A DNA stretch of 64,000 nt from Sulfolobales archaeon HS-7 (GCA_019704295.1 AP024596.1:1920001-1984000); one strand, 5' to 3'. Counted from the first letter of the stretch, positions 46,778-57,811 are shown. Numbers and translations are program-made. Notes: generated by a model from the letters alone, not told the origin.

Positions 46778-47409
46778 TCTTATCAGATGTAAACCACCAC
46801 ATTCTATTTCGCTAATATCTTTAAATATATTATAGTACAAGGACACTATTAATTTCTTCTATAATTTATTCGAAATTAATAAAAATACTTATTAGAATGA
46901 TCTATTAATAATTATAAAGTCATTATTAATATAAATTACACTCTATTAAAAATTTAAGAACGTTAGATGTACAGTAAGTTTATGATGGTTACAAGTTGCA
47001 TTGATCTTATATGGGGGTTAAGCCAGGAGAAGATTCGTGATAGCGTCTAATGTGTAATAAATGTAATTTACTTTAAAAACTAAATTACCGACTTCTTAAG
47101 CTTAAAGTATTCAGCGGTACATTCTGCAAACTTTCAACTTATGGTACTCGAAACCCCTTTTTAGCCTTAACTCTTGAGAAATACGTAATTATTTGTGATT
47201 GTTCTTAATAAACTTATTTTATATTATCTATCTTCTAGTAATTAAACGGATTTAATTCGGAAGAGACGTATTTTATAACTTTTTAGTTTATCTAGTTATT
47301 CTGTTAATTACGCACTGGATACTGTCACGTGATGATAGCCTTCCTCATTAAAAAAGACTTTGCAGAGAATGCGTAAACGATAATATTAATGGAGCAGGTT
47401 CCGTCGAGA

Positions 47410-47520
47410 CGTCTATGCTCCACCAAGCAGTCTCGTGGGACACCATGAACATCAACCCTACTGGGAGTGGGAGCGACCCTCAGTGTTATAGAGTCCTCTA
47501 TTACTAGGAGAAGGCAGTGA
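47410..47520 (+). pseudogene. Possible fourth, more diverged membrane-anchor fragment
   Basis: Frameshifted MNINP/LGVGATLSVIESSITRRR resembles INPSLGVLVTL...RR of copy 1. Confidence 0.3.
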
Positions 47521-47613
47521 GTCCCATTCATAGGGGCGCAGTACTTCCCAAATTCACGACTTATACTGATATTCTCATATACTATAAAGACAAGTAATTA
47601 GAATGAGATCATT

Positions 47614-47898
47614 ATGGACATAGAGATCGAACTGATAAGGAAATTAGAGACACTTGCCTTATTGAAGTTATCAGAGGAAGAAGAAAACAATATAATTAAT
47701 GATATAAAAAAAATACTAGACTTTTTCAATACCATACAAAAGGCGCAATTAAGTGATGTCGAGCCATTGTTCCATCCCATTAAAAGTACACATCTCCGTC
47801 CAGACGAAGTTAAGAACGGACTAACAAAAGAAGAAGCGTTAGCTAATGCGAGTAGTGTTGAAGGGGGATACATCAGAGGTCCACGCACTGGTGAGTAA
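47614..47898 (+). CDS. gatC: Asp/Glu-tRNA amidotransferase subunit C
   Basis: LA.L.LSEEE, LRPDE, ALANA..GGYIRGP; precedes gatA. Confidence 0.9.
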   Translation: MDIEIELIRKLETLALLKLSEEEENNIINDIKKILDFFNTIQKAQLSDVEPLFHPIKSTHLRPDEVKNGLTKEEALANASSVEGGYIRGPRTGE

Positions 47899-47901
47899 AA
47901 G

Positions 47902-49302
47902 TTGATTTCTGAATACATAAAATGCGTCACTGATGAAGGTATAGAAGAATGCATATCAAGAGTTTATGACAGAGTAACCAAGCTAGAACCCAAACTGCAC
48001 GCATTCATAACATTAGTAGATAAGGATACTGTAATTAATAATGCAAAGCAAGTTAGGTCGAGGAAATTAATGGGGTTACCTGTCGCGGTTAAGGACAATA
48101 TATCCACTAAGGGGATAAGAACAACGTGTGGATCAAGAATGCTATCAGAATACGTTCCGGTTTATGATGCTACTGTGATTGAGAGATTAGCTTCCAAGGG
48201 AGCAACCATTCTCGGAAAAACAAATATGGATGAGTTCGCTATGGGTTCGACAACGGAAACGAGCTTTTTTGGTCCGTCTAGAAATCCATGGGATTTGACC
48301 AGAGTTCCAGGTGGCTCATCTGGGGGCAGTGGAGTGGCTATAGCGAGCAAGATGGTTGAGATTGCTTTAGGCAGCGACACCGGTGGTTCTATAAGAGCAC
48401 CCGCTTCGTTTAATGGTGTTTACGGATTAAAGCCGTCCTACGGAACGGTAAGTCGCTACGGACTTGTTGCTTACGCAAACAGTTTAGAACAAATTGGACC
48501 CATGGCTAGAAACGCATCTGATCTAAAAATTCTTTTCTCGATTATATCAGGGTTCGATATTAAGGACGCAACTACCGTAAGTTTTGACAAAAAGGACGAT
48601 GTTGACATTAAGTTAAATGGATTTCGTATAGGTATATTAAAAGACATTATGGATCGTTCTTCACCAGAAGTACAAAATGTGATGTCGAGTTTTATCGAGA
48701 AGCTATCTTCCGAAGGAGCTTTAATAGAAGAAGTGCAGTTAGGCTATATCGACTATATTTTACCTGCATATTACATAATAGCCATGTCAGAAGCCTCGTC
48801 AAACCTAGCGAGATTCGATGGCGTAAGATATGGCTACGGTAGATATAAAGAAGGCACTTGGATACAAACTTTTTCTGCAAATAGAGCAGAGGGATTCGGG
48901 AGCGAAGTGAAAAAGAGGATTCTGCTAGGTTCGTTTATTTTGAGCGCTGGATATTACGACGAGTATTATATTAAGGCACTCAAAATAAGGAAGTTGGTTA
49001 AGGAAAGTGTAGATAACATACTTAAGAGTCATGATGTAATCCTTTCACCAACAATGCCGATCCTTCCACCTAAACTAGGAGATGTGATTGACGATCCGTT
49101 AAAAATGTACGCAATGGATCTTAATACAGTCGTTGCAAACTTAACTGGAATACCTGCTGTTTCAGTTCCCGTGGGATTTTATCAAGGACTGCCTGTAGGG
49201 GCACAATTTATGGGCAAATACCTTAATGACTTTTTCCTATTAAATCTCGTATCAGAGGTCGAGAAGATAACTAAGATGGCAGAGTTAACGCCATCAATAT
49301 AA
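47902..49302 (+). CDS. gatA: Asp/Glu-tRNA amidotransferase subunit A
   Basis: [38 protein letters not shown]. Confidence 0.96.
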   Translation: MISEYIKCVTDEGIEECISRVYDRVTKLEPKLHAFITLVDKDTVINNAKQVRSRKLMGLPVAVKDNISTKGIRTTCGSRMLSEYVPVYDATVIERLASKGATILGKTNMDEFAMGSTTETSFFGPSRNPWDLTRVPGGSSGGSGVAIASKMVEIALGSDTGGSIRAPASFNGVYGLKPSYGTVSRYGLVAYANSLEQIGPMARNASDLKILFSIISGFDIKDATTVSFDKKDDVDIKLNGFRIGILKDIMDRSSPEVQNVMSSFIEKLSSEGALIEEVQLGYIDYILPAYYIIAMSEASSNLARFDGVRYGYGRYKEGTWIQTFSANRAEGFGSEVKKRILLGSFILSAGYYDEYYIKALKIRKLVKESVDNILKSHDVILSPTMPILPPKLGDVIDDPLKMYAMDLNTVVANLTGIPAVSVPVGFYQGLPVGAQFMGKYLNDFFLLNLVSEVEKITKMAELTPSI

Positions 49303-49340
49303 ATATTTTTATTTCGAGAATTCTCACTTTCTCATATAAG

Positions 49341-50417
49341 GTGATTTGTGCTCTGACGCAAGACGCTTATAGTTTTCTCTTTAGGGAATTGGAGAAGCAG
49401 CGGTATCACATAATTGGTTCCCATAGCGTATATAAGAAATGTCATTGGACTCATGAAGCCATTACTAAAAACAGATTTTGTTATAAAGGAAAGTTCTACG
49501 GAATAGAGAGTCATAGATGTGCGCAAATGAGTCCATCTGCTCTTTGGTGCTGGTTTAGATGTGAACATTGCTGGAGATTAGAACCAGAAGATGTGGGCCT
49601 TGATTGGGATGAAACGAAGATCCCAACAGAGGACGATCCAGAGTTAATAGCTGAAAAAAGCATAGAGGAACACATAAGATCGGTATCTGGCTACTATGGA
49701 ATGAAGGGTGTTAACAAAGAAAAAGTGAAAGAAGCTGAGGATGTCAAACATGTAGCCATAAGCCTAACGGGAGAACCCACGTTATACGAGAGAATAGGGG
49801 AGTTAATTAAGGAATATCACAAAAGGGGTATTACCACGTTTTTAGTAACTAGTGGAGTGAGACCTGACATACTAGCTAACTTGGAGGAGGAACCTACACA
49901 ACTGTTTGTTTCCTTACAGGCTCCTAATGAATATAAACACAAGATATTTAATAGACCAATTATCGCAAATTCCTGGAACTTAGTCATGAAGACCTTGAGG
50001 ATTTTACCTAGTTTCAGTTGTCCCACGGTTATACGATTGACTATGATAAACGGATTTAACATGTCAGATAAAGATGCCGAAGAGTTCGCCAAGCTTTTTG
50101 AGATAGCTAAGCCCACCTATATAGAAGTGAAGGCGTATATGCACGTCGGACCGTCAACGTTAAGACTATCAAAAGACGCCATGCCTAGACATAATGAAAT
50201 AAGATTATTCGCAGAAAAGTTGGCAGAATTAACAGGGTATAACATTTTATCAGAACATATACCTAGTAGAATAGTTCTCCTTTCTCAGTTGAATCGCCCA
50301 ATAAAAATAGGCAACGCATGGAGCGATTCGTGGAATTGGTCAACCAGAGATCTGGAGGACGATGTTTCTGGTGAATATAGAGAAGCAGAAACTAGCTGTA
50401 CGGAGGGTCAGATTTGA
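49341..50417 (+). CDS. taw1: tRNA 4-demethylwyosine synthase (TYW1/Taw1), radical SAM
   Basis: [17 protein letters not shown], CxxxCxxCWR, [17 protein letters not shown]. Confidence 0.94.
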   Translation: MICALTQDAYSFLFRELEKQRYHIIGSHSVYKKCHWTHEAITKNRFCYKGKFYGIESHRCAQMSPSALWCWFRCEHCWRLEPEDVGLDWDETKIPTEDDPELIAEKSIEEHIRSVSGYYGMKGVNKEKVKEAEDVKHVAISLTGEPTLYERIGELIKEYHKRGITTFLVTSGVRPDILANLEEEPTQLFVSLQAPNEYKHKIFNRPIIANSWNLVMKTLRILPSFSCPTVIRLTMINGFNMSDKDAEEFAKLFEIAKPTYIEVKAYMHVGPSTLRLSKDAMPRHNEIRLFAEKLAELTGYNILSEHIPSRIVLLSQLNRPIKIGNAWSDSWNWSTRDLEDDVSGEYREAETSCTEGQI

Positions 50418-51074
50418 AAAGTTAGTGATACATGCTGTTTCGTAGCCCTTATTGTAGTATCATCTGCAAGTGGCGCAATATCACAAAACGAGCTAGCAAA
50501 AAAACTCCAGGTTTCACAACAGACCATTTCAAGGAAACTTGCTGAACTGGAAGCTGAGGGTCTTATTAAAAGAATAATAGGAAAAGATGGTGAAATAATA
50601 AAATTAACTGACAGTGGAGCTAATATACTTCAGGAATGTGGGAAATATGTCCTAGACGCTTTGAAGAATAAGTTTATCCTTGAGATATCAGGCAAAGTAG
50701 TAAGCGGTTTAGGTGAGGGAAAAATTTTCCTAATGCAATCTTATTATTTAAATGCCTTTAAGGAAAAACTTGGTTTTGGACCTTATCCAGGCACACTTAA
50801 TGTAGTAATTGATGATATTTTATCAATGCAAAATAGAGTAGAATTAGATATGCTCAGAGGTATTGAGATCCCTGAGTATAGAGAGAAAGAGAGAGTTCTT
50901 GGTTCTGTGAAAGCCTTTTTTGCCAAGATAAATGATGAAATTGATGGAGCAGTTGTTATACCTGCAAGGACTATACACCCTAAAAGTGTAATCGAAATTA
51001 TATCGCCTTACTATCTACGGGAAAAATTAAGTCTAAAAGATGGAGTTAGAGTTAAGATAACCGTATTCGCTTAA
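50414..51074 (+). CDS. ribK: HTH-fused CTP-dependent riboflavin kinase (RbkR type); start codon out of frame in this sequence
   Basis: Frame is open from 50418 with an HTH ([20 protein letters not shown]) continuing into [15 protein letters not shown]; TTG at 50414 has an RBS but is one base out of frame. Confidence 0.85.
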
Positions 51075-51344
51075 TCTGAACTCTAACAGAGATTTAAACG
51101 TTACTTATCTTAACGGATAACATCGTATAAATATTTCGATTTAACTTCAAACATAGTGTTAGCTAGTATTGTTAAGTAGATGTCTCAATCTACAGTGAAA
51201 TAAGGGAGGATCACTCGGTTCGTAAGGTTATTATACCAGGCTCTAAACTCGGTAGCTCCCTGGTGAGTAGAGAGCTTCCAGAAAATTCTTACGTGTTTCA
51301 TAAAACTTGAGCGGTGTGAGTAATTCGTCTCGACAATGAGAAAC

Positions 51345-51510
51345 CAGACCCTCACCGCGTATATTGTAAACTGTAATTTATGAGAAAGATAGATGAAATG
51401 CAGTAAATTGTTGAGCGTAAATTCCCATACCGTCAATGCGGCAGTATTGAATTAAATTTGTTATATTTATTGAAATAAACTGAATTTGCAAAGGAGGCGT
51501 GAATCACCCG
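51345..51510 (+). repeat. MITE-like ~160-bp element, copy C
   Basis: Shares gaaagatagatgaaat.cagtaaattg.tgagcgtaa and aaataaactgaatt with copy A. Confidence 0.8.
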
Positions 51511-51611
51511 TTGTAGAACACCCTAGTTTTCTTTTACCTCTTCTTATACACTCACACGTAATTAACTTAGTTAACTAGCCTTAAGAGAATATGATTAAAA
51601 TCTCTTTAACT

Positions 51612-51977
51612 TCATAACGCTTCTATTAGCCAGCGGTTCATCTTGTTACAGGATTGCGGACTCACGTGACTTCCGTTTTGACATTTATTTATTAATTTGC
51701 ATGAAAAACAAGGTATATCTATTATGTTTCCTAAGTTTGCAATAATATCTATGTTATCGTTATTGGCAATATATAACATGACGACCTTTTTCCCATCAAC
51801 GATTGTCGCCTCTTTCCTTACCAATCCTTTTCGGATTAACCTGGTAACATTTCTCGCTGCTTCGGCGCTCGATATTCCCAATATTTTACTGACGTCTGCT
51901 TGTTTTATTCCCTTTTCCCCAGCTTGTCTTATTTTTGAATATATTATCTCTTCTATCTGTGAGGCAGTACTTTCCAT
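51612..51977 (-). CDS. Transcription factor E beta (Rpc34/C39-like; wHTH + Fe-S Cys motif)
   Basis: wHTH followed by PCFSC-x5-C-x9-C..WL; downstream of tfb2. Confidence 0.85.
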   Translation of the reverse strand: MESTASQIEEIIYSKIRQAGEKGIKQADVSKILGISSAEAARNVTRLIRKGLVRKEATIVDGKKVVMLYIANNDNIDIIANLGNIIDIPCFSCKLINKCQNGSHVSPQSCNKMNRWLIEAL

Positions 51978-52085
51978 TTAGAACCCCATTGCGACTATAT
52001 ATATTTCGCTACATTTGTTATTAACCTTTATCATAATGATCAATAGGAAAAAGATTTATAAGGAGAACAAGAAAAACTATTTTAA

Positions 52086-53000
52086 TTACATATAAACTTT
52101 TATATCTAAATTATCAACTATATCTCTATATCTATTCCTTACTGTGACCTCTGTAATACTTCCTGCTTTAGCTACTTCCTCCTGAGTTTTCTTGTGCCCA
52201 AGGAGAACCGCTATTAAATACACTGAAGCGGCTGCTATTGGCAAGGGACTTTTCCCGCTCGCTAAACCGCTTTTCTTAACTTCATTGATAAGCTCAGCAG
52301 CTTTAGTAACAATGTTTTCTTCAAGTTGAAGGTTGCTTACTATCTGAGGCACAAATCTAACTGGTTCGTAACCTTTTCTCTTCTTTGTCAGATCTGGGTT
52401 TGCTAAGGTTATCTTATCTTTAGCCCTCCACATTTCCTCCTTAGTTATTCCTACGATCCTCAGAATTTCGGGTTCCGATTTAGGTTCTCCCTTAATATTA
52501 CATGCCTCCTCAATAGCTGCGGCAACTACAGCCCTTACGTCGATGCGCTTCATTAGACCTTTATCTACTACCTTTCTTATTAGTTTCCCAGCTTCCTCTT
52601 TAACCGAAGGCGTTACTCCTAGCTTTCCGCTAATATCATGCAAAGTGCTTAAGGCCGTGATAAGTTTTTTATCTGCTTGCTTGATTCTCGATTTTTTATT
52701 TTCTCGATTATTATAGATTTTTTCACGTATTCCCCTAATCCTGTTTCTTCTACTCACTCCTATTCTAGTTCCTAACCCTTCATCGTGTACTAGAGGATTC
52801 ACCGGACTGTATGTGTTCCTTTGTTTCTTCTGTTCCTGATTATAGATTCCATAGCCAAGACCATCATCTATCATTTGTTCTTCAAGAACAATTCCACACT
52901 TACAACATTTTACCTCTCCATTTACTTTATCGGTTATTGGTTCATGTTTTCCTCCTAATGGACACTCCGAGTTAGACGTATTATCAGTTACTGTTGCCAT
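52086..53000 (-). CDS. tfb2: Transcription initiation factor B paralog TFB2
   Basis: N-terminal Zn ribbon, two cyclin repeats, SGKSP..AAA, ITEVTVRNRY; gar1-tfb2-TFE-beta order. Confidence 0.88.
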   Translation of the reverse strand: MATVTDNTSNSECPLGGKHEPITDKVNGEVKCCKCGIVLEEQMIDDGLGYGIYNQEQKKQRNTYSPVNPLVHDEGLGTRIGVSRRNRIRGIREKIYNNRENKKSRIKQADKKLITALSTLHDISGKLGVTPSVKEEAGKLIRKVVDKGLMKRIDVRAVVAAAIEEACNIKGEPKSEPEILRIVGITKEEMWRAKDKITLANPDLTKKRKGYEPVRFVPQIVSNLQLEENIVTKAAELINEVKKSGLASGKSPLPIAAASVYLIAVLLGHKKTQEEVAKAGSITEVTVRNRYRDIVDNLDIKVYM

Positions 53001-53261
53001 TCATCTCCTCCTCTCCTCAAAGAAGACTTTCTCCCCTTTCTTTATCTCTTCTAGACTCTTAACTAAAATATAAGGCTCGTTTACATTTCCAACGACATCT
53101 AGGACTTGACCTACCTTTCGTTTTTTTTCATCAAAGATATACTTTCCAACAAGCTTATATTTAGTATAATCCATCTTGTTTATTCCCTTGACTAGCACCT
53201 TATACCTAGGTAAGCTATTATAAACGTAACCCAATTGAGTTAATCTGCTCTTTGCCATCAT
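53001..53261 (-). CDS. gar1: H/ACA RNP protein Gar1
   Basis: KVGQVLDVVGNVNEPYILVK. Confidence 0.85.
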   Translation of the reverse strand: MMAKSRLTQLGYVYNSLPRYKVLVKGINKMDYTKYKLVGKYIFDEKKRKVGQVLDVVGNVNEPYILVKSLEEIKKGEKVFFEERRR

Positions 53262-53295
53262 CTCTCTATATTATCAGTCATTTTATATATACGTT

Positions 53296-53309
53296 AGTAT
53301 TGTAATACT
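53296..53309. promoter_or_regulatory. Palindrome upstream of the gar1-tfb2 TATA box, resembling cell-cycle (aCcr1/Ccr-1-type) boxes
   Basis: AGTATT-GT-AATACT just upstream of TATATAAAA (53281-53289, minus strand). Confidence 0.5.
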
Positions 53310-53478
53310 TCAATAGTTCTCTCGATAAGTAATATCATTATTAACACGGCGGATTACGTCAAACTTTATTTATAAACGTAGGCAAAATAATTAGTTTTAT
53401 TTACTATCGACATTAGGATAACCATATATAATAAGTTAAATCCAAAGATAAAAATATAAACATACTTATATCGAATAG

Positions 53479-54585
53479 TTATAGAGCCTTGAATTTTTCC
53501 TGCCACGCTTCATAGATTTTCGTAATTTCTGCACTGACGCTAGGCTTTCTTAATTTGAAAGCCTCTTCAAATTCCTTCATAGTAACAGGCCGTGGCTCTT
53601 TACTTCCCGTCTTGAACATCTCCTTAACAATTATCATATGGGCGGTCTGCACTAGATCCCTTATATCGCTAGCTGTGTAACCCTCAGCCTTTTCGGCTAA
53701 CGTCTGTATATCGAGCCCGGTAGTTTTTATTTTCGACGTATAGAATCTAAAGAGCTCTACCCTTTGCTCCCTGTCTGGAAGTCCTATGTAAATTCTTTTC
53801 TGGAAACGTCTTATAAAGGCCTCGTCTAATTTCCATGGTTTATTTGTAGCACCGATAACATAGACTTTAAAAGTCTCTGATTTGTCCTGTAATCCATCCA
53901 TTTCCTTCAAAAACTGATTTCTTACCCTAGCTTCTCCGCCAATTTCGTTGTTAAAAGAACCAAGCAGTGCGTCTAACTCATCTATGAAAACGACAACAGG
54001 TTTATTTTCCTGTTTTGATAATTCCCTTGCCTTTACGAAGACTTTTGACACGTTTTTCTCTGACTCACCGAGCCACTTTGACATAACTGAAGCGGCGTCA
54101 ATATGCATAAATTCTGAGTCGATTTCATTAGCCACCGCAGCGGCAATCATTGTCTTTCCGCATCCAGGGGGACCATAAAGCAAGATGCCCCTAGGCCAGC
54201 CGAGTGGAAAAAGATCGGGTCGCATTGATGGATATATTATCGATTCCCGTAACGCTTCTTTTACGTTATCTAGCCCCACTATATCATCAAACCTTACTTT
54301 AGGTTTTTCCGATAGTACAATGACTTCTGACGTTTTTTCTTGAGGGGAATCGCCTTCCGGCAGCATTTCCTTAAGGACTTGGATTCTCTTTTTATATTCA
54401 TTAATCATCTGTTCATACGCATGACGAGCTACGGAATCAGGATATAACGCTACCAACTGTGTTAGGACATCTATCGCACGTTGATAATTGGTTATAGCAT
54501 CATCCTTTCTCCCTTCCTTGTCTGCTCTAACAGCAGTTATAGCATATTTTCTCGCTAGATCTTCTAGCATTATTTGAGCGCTCAA
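53479..54585 (-). CDS. cdvC: Cell division AAA ATPase CdvC (Vps4)
   Basis: N-terminal MIT domain, [20 protein letters not shown]. Confidence 0.96.
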   Translation of the reverse strand: MSAQIMLEDLARKYAITAVRADKEGRKDDAITNYQRAIDVLTQLVALYPDSVARHAYEQMINEYKKRIQVLKEMLPEGDSPQEKTSEVIVLSEKPKVRFDDIVGLDNVKEALRESIIYPSMRPDLFPLGWPRGILLYGPPGCGKTMIAAAVANEIDSEFMHIDAASVMSKWLGESEKNVSKVFVKARELSKQENKPVVVFIDELDALLGSFNNEIGGEARVRNQFLKEMDGLQDKSETFKVYVIGATNKPWKLDEAFIRRFQKRIYIGLPDREQRVELFRFYTSKIKTTGLDIQTLAEKAEGYTASDIRDLVQTAHMIIVKEMFKTGSKEPRPVTMKEFEEAFKLRKPSVSAEITKIYEAWQEKFKAL

Positions 54586-54591
54586 CTTCTA

Positions 54592-55362
54592 TCACGTAAA
54601 GACTATTTTCCCCTCTTTGCTCATTCTTTCTAACACTCTTATTACGGTTTCCCTATCCGCGTTGTACGTCTTGCAGAAGTCGTCTATATCGAATATGTTA
54701 CCGTGTGTTGTTATATAAAATAAAACGTCAGTTTCGCTTATTGGATTATAACTTTGAATATGTCCTTCTGTAGATGGGACGTGAGGGAATGTATTAGATA
54801 TTTCTTGTAACTTAGTCTTCATCTGATCTTCAGCTAACTTTGACGCTTCTTCGTATATTTGTCTCGCCTGCTGATCCATTATACTTAATGAAGAAGTATC
54901 AATAATTGGGATTTTAGAATTAGCAACTATCTCATTTAGATTACTATTTAGGTTCTCAAAACCTATTGCAAGCTCTGGTACTGCCTTCTTCACCTTATCG
55001 ACGATTAGAGATATAGCCTTTGATGTTGAATAGAGATTCATCCCTATTTCCTGCATAGTCTGAGCTTTCTCTAGTCTTAACCTTATTTTCTCTAACGTGA
55101 GGTAAGCCGTATAAACGATCTTAATCATATTCCTTAGCTCCGCTATCTCCTGAGCGTATATTGATGCTCTAAGCTTATCTTCATCTAAGTGGGCTACCTT
55201 TAACCTTCTGAATAGCTCCTTATCTCTCTCCTCTAATCTTCTCTTAACACCGTCAAGCTTGTCCATCTGTTCGCTGATAGCAGCTTGGACCCTTGTTATA
55301 ACCTCAGGTAGATTCCCTCTTCTCCCTCCGCCAGTCATCCTCTGGAAAAAATCCCTTATCAT
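54592..55362 (-). CDS. cdvB: ESCRT-III cell division protein CdvB
   Basis: Snf7 core, FPHVP MIM2-like motif, C-terminal wHTH; lies between cdvA and cdvC. Confidence 0.93.
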   Translation of the reverse strand: MIRDFFQRMTGGGRRGNLPEVITRVQAAISEQMDKLDGVKRRLEERDKELFRRLKVAHLDEDKLRASIYAQEIAELRNMIKIVYTAYLTLEKIRLRLEKAQTMQEIGMNLYSTSKAISLIVDKVKKAVPELAIGFENLNSNLNEIVANSKIPIIDTSSLSIMDQQARQIYEEASKLAEDQMKTKLQEISNTFPHVPSTEGHIQSYNPISETDVLFYITTHGNIFDIDDFCKTYNADRETVIRVLERMSKEGKIVFT

Positions 55363-55380
55363 TTTCTCCTTTCCCCGCGA

Positions 55381-56073
55381 TTAACTCGGCGTTACTTTCA
55401 CAGGTATGGGCATCTGAAACTGCGCCTCCTCTTTCTTTTCCGAGGCCGACGCAATGGGCTTTACATCTAGACTATCCTTATCTATCGATTCCATCTTGTC
55501 TAATGTCTTTCTTATGTCGTCTTTCTCTAAGGAGTATGCATCTCTTGACTGTCTCAGAGCGTCGACAGATAGCTTATATGACGTTTCTGGAACTTCATTA
55601 GAAATATAATTCATCTTTAACATAGCAAGCGCTTTTTCTATATGTAGTAATTGATCGTCGATCTCATTAATTTTGCTCTTAAGCTTGTTTTTAAGCTTTA
55701 CGTAATCGTCTTTTAATTTTAACGCCTCTGTGTCTAGTTTCCTTTTCATCTCGTCGTACATTCCCTTCGAAATGTCTCCTTTACCATACAGTTCCTCCAA
55801 AGCTCTTTGCCTTCTTCTTGTCTTCTCCATTAATGTCATAATTCTTATCGCATCTGCCTTCCATTCAGGGAGGACATAAACTTTTTCATCCTCTGCTCTT
55901 AGCATAGAGGGTTCTAATGTTACCACGTCTTTACCTACTATAGCCTCAATACCAGTTACTGTTCCGTCAATCTCAGTGTAAACATTAACTATTAGTCCAA
56001 ACTCCCTCCCATAAATATCCTTAACCTTCTGACCTACATACTTTGATATTTCATCCGAGGATAATATTGGCAT
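55381..56073 (-). CDS. cdvA: Cell division protein CdvA
   Basis: PRC barrel (GQKVKDIYGREFG), coiled coil, C-terminal PIPVKV ESCRT-III-binding peptide. Confidence 0.95.
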   Translation of the reverse strand: MPILSSDEISKYVGQKVKDIYGREFGLIVNVYTEIDGTVTGIEAIVGKDVVTLEPSMLRAEDEKVYVLPEWKADAIRIMTLMEKTRRRQRALEELYGKGDISKGMYDEMKRKLDTEALKLKDDYVKLKNKLKSKINEIDDQLLHIEKALAMLKMNYISNEVPETSYKLSVDALRQSRDAYSLEKDDIRKTLDKMESIDKDSLDVKPIASASEKKEEAQFQMPIPVKVTPS

Positions 56074-56133
56074 ATGAACGATCCTCAATTTGTTCTTGCC
56101 TATAGGTTTGTTTTTAAGGATTATTCCTAGAAA

Positions 56134-56190
56134 AGCCTCAGCAGGTCCCAGAACATCACCGGTAAGTGCTTTTAACCTTCATCATAGGCT
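56134..56190 (-). ncRNA. Box C/D methylation-guide sRNA, predicted tRNA-Lys(UUU) target
   Basis: Minus strand: AGCCT-ATGATGA (C)-AGGTTAAAAGCA-CTTA (D')-CCG-GTGATGT (C')-TCTGGGACCTG-CTGA (D)-GGCT, with a terminal stem. Confidence 0.88.
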
Positions 56191-56221
56191 CATTATTCCT
56201 TACGAATTTCTAGCTTTTTAA

Positions 56222-56500
56222 ATGAAACTAGACAATATCATTTACAGTATGTCGCTTGAAACACTTCAAGGTTATCTCCATAATGTTACAGGGTTTGTGC
56301 ATAATATCAACTTAAGTGGTATCTCGAACATTCTGATTTTACTAGGTTTTTCATTACTGGTTCTGCTGTTTTTCGCTTTATTGATTTATGGTATGGTAAG
56401 GGCCTTTTCATCTGTGCCTAATATGACAACTAAACAGTTCATTGGACTCCTAGTTTTGATAGGTGCTACTCTATTACTAATCGGACTACTGCTTCCCTAA
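56222..56500 (+). CDS. Small membrane protein (2 TM)
   Basis: Two strongly hydrophobic segments; start may be 56249. Confidence 0.7.
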   Translation: MKLDNIIYSMSLETLQGYLHNVTGFVHNINLSGISNILILLGFSLLVLLFFALLIYGMVRAFSSVPNMTTKQFIGLLVLIGATLLLIGLLLP

Positions 56501-57756
56501 AGATAAAGTGCGTTCTTTCCTAAATATTTTAACTCGTATAACTTTTCTAACGTGAGAAGTCTGTTATATTTTGATATCCTCTCCCCTCGTGCCGGTGCTC
56601 CAGACTTTATAAAATCTGATGACAAACCCACAGCAAGATCTGCGACGTAGTTATCCTCTGTATCCCCGCTTCTATGGCTTACGATAGTTTTAATGTTATT
56701 TCTCTTTGCTAGTTCGACGAAGTCAAAAGTTCCCGACAGCGTACCTATCTGATTCGGCTTAACAATAACTCCCTTCGTGGCTTTCCCCTTTATTCCCTCA
56801 GTAAGATAAACACTATTCGTCGCATATAGATCATCTCCTACAATTATCGTCTTCTTTAAATTCTTCTGTAGTTCAGTAAAAGAGTCCATATCGTTCTCGT
56901 GAAATGGATCCTCTAAGTAGAGTAAAGGATATTCATCGACTAGTCCCCTGTAATAGTCTAGTAATTCGTCCTTTGAGAACTCCTTATCATCTAAAACGTA
57001 AGCTAATTTTTCTTTATAGTAAAATTCACTTGCAGCAGCATCCATTCCCATGGCTATTCTACCATCAAATCCTGCATCCTTAATAGACGAATATACTAGA
57101 TTTAAGGCTTCCTCTGTTCTACTGAGAGGTGGAGAGAAACCCCCTTCGTCTGCAACAGAGGTAAATATCGGTCCGAATTTTTCTTTAATTTTCCCCTTTA
57201 ACTTATGGTATACAAGCGATGATGCCTCTATTGCCTCCTTAAATGTCTCAAAGTTGAAGGGTATAATCAAGAACTCCTGAATCCTTAAGTTATTTCCTGC
57301 ATGAACTCCTCCATTGATAATGTTAAGAAGAGGAACTGGAATTGTTCGAGCGAATTTCCCACCAATATAAAAGAAATAGTCTACACCCAACTCTAAGGAT
57401 GCAGTACGAGACGCAGCTAATGAGGTAGCTATAGCTACGTTTCCTCCTATCTTGCTGAAATTATTCGTTCCGTCTATATCCTTTAGTATTTTGTCAATAT
57501 TCCTCTGGTCTGTAACATTAACGCCTTTCAGAGCAGGTTCAACATAATTTTCAATTACCCTTAATGCATTGTTAAGAGTGATACCATTAGAATCTCTTAA
57601 CTCAAAGGCCTCTTTAGAACTTTTAGATTTTCCTGCAGGAGCGTCCGCGTACGCCGCATAACCACTTTTCGTTTTAACGAAGACTCGTAAAGTTAGATTT
57701 GCTCTCGAATCTATTATTTCCACGCCGATTATCGAATCTATTTGATACTCGTTCAT
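56497..57756 (-). CDS. eno: Enolase
   Basis: NIINGGVHA, DEGG, VGDDL, VKPNQIG, SHRSG, ERISKYN. Confidence 0.96.
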   Translation of the reverse strand: MNEYQIDSIIGVEIIDSRANLTLRVFVKTKSGYAAYADAPAGKSKSSKEAFELRDSNGITLNNALRVIENYVEPALKGVNVTDQRNIDKILKDIDGTNNFSKIGGNVAIATSLAASRTASLELGVDYFFYIGGKFARTIPVPLLNIINGGVHAGNNLRIQEFLIIPFNFETFKEAIEASSLVYHKLKGKIKEKFGPIFTSVADEGGFSPPLSRTEEALNLVYSSIKDAGFDGRIAMGMDAAASEFYYKEKLAYVLDDKEFSKDELLDYYRGLVDEYPLLYLEDPFHENDMDSFTELQKNLKKTIIVGDDLYATNSVYLTEGIKGKATKGVIVKPNQIGTLSGTFDFVELAKRNNIKTIVSHRSGDTEDNYVADLAVGLSSDFIKSGAPARGERISKYNRLLTLEKLYELKYLGKNALYL

Positions 57757-57811
57757 ATTTCTCCTTCCGATAGTTTATTATGTTATTTCGGGTATTATTT
57801 ATTGTCCTTAC

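Noticed and set aside
46850-47300. Very AT-rich pgk-gatC spacer as a possible origin
   Set aside because: No ORB-like repeats or adjacent initiator gene; compatible with divergent promoters plus decayed DNA
47327-47375. GTGATGA box C-like motif
   Set aside because: No properly spaced D', C' or D boxes follow
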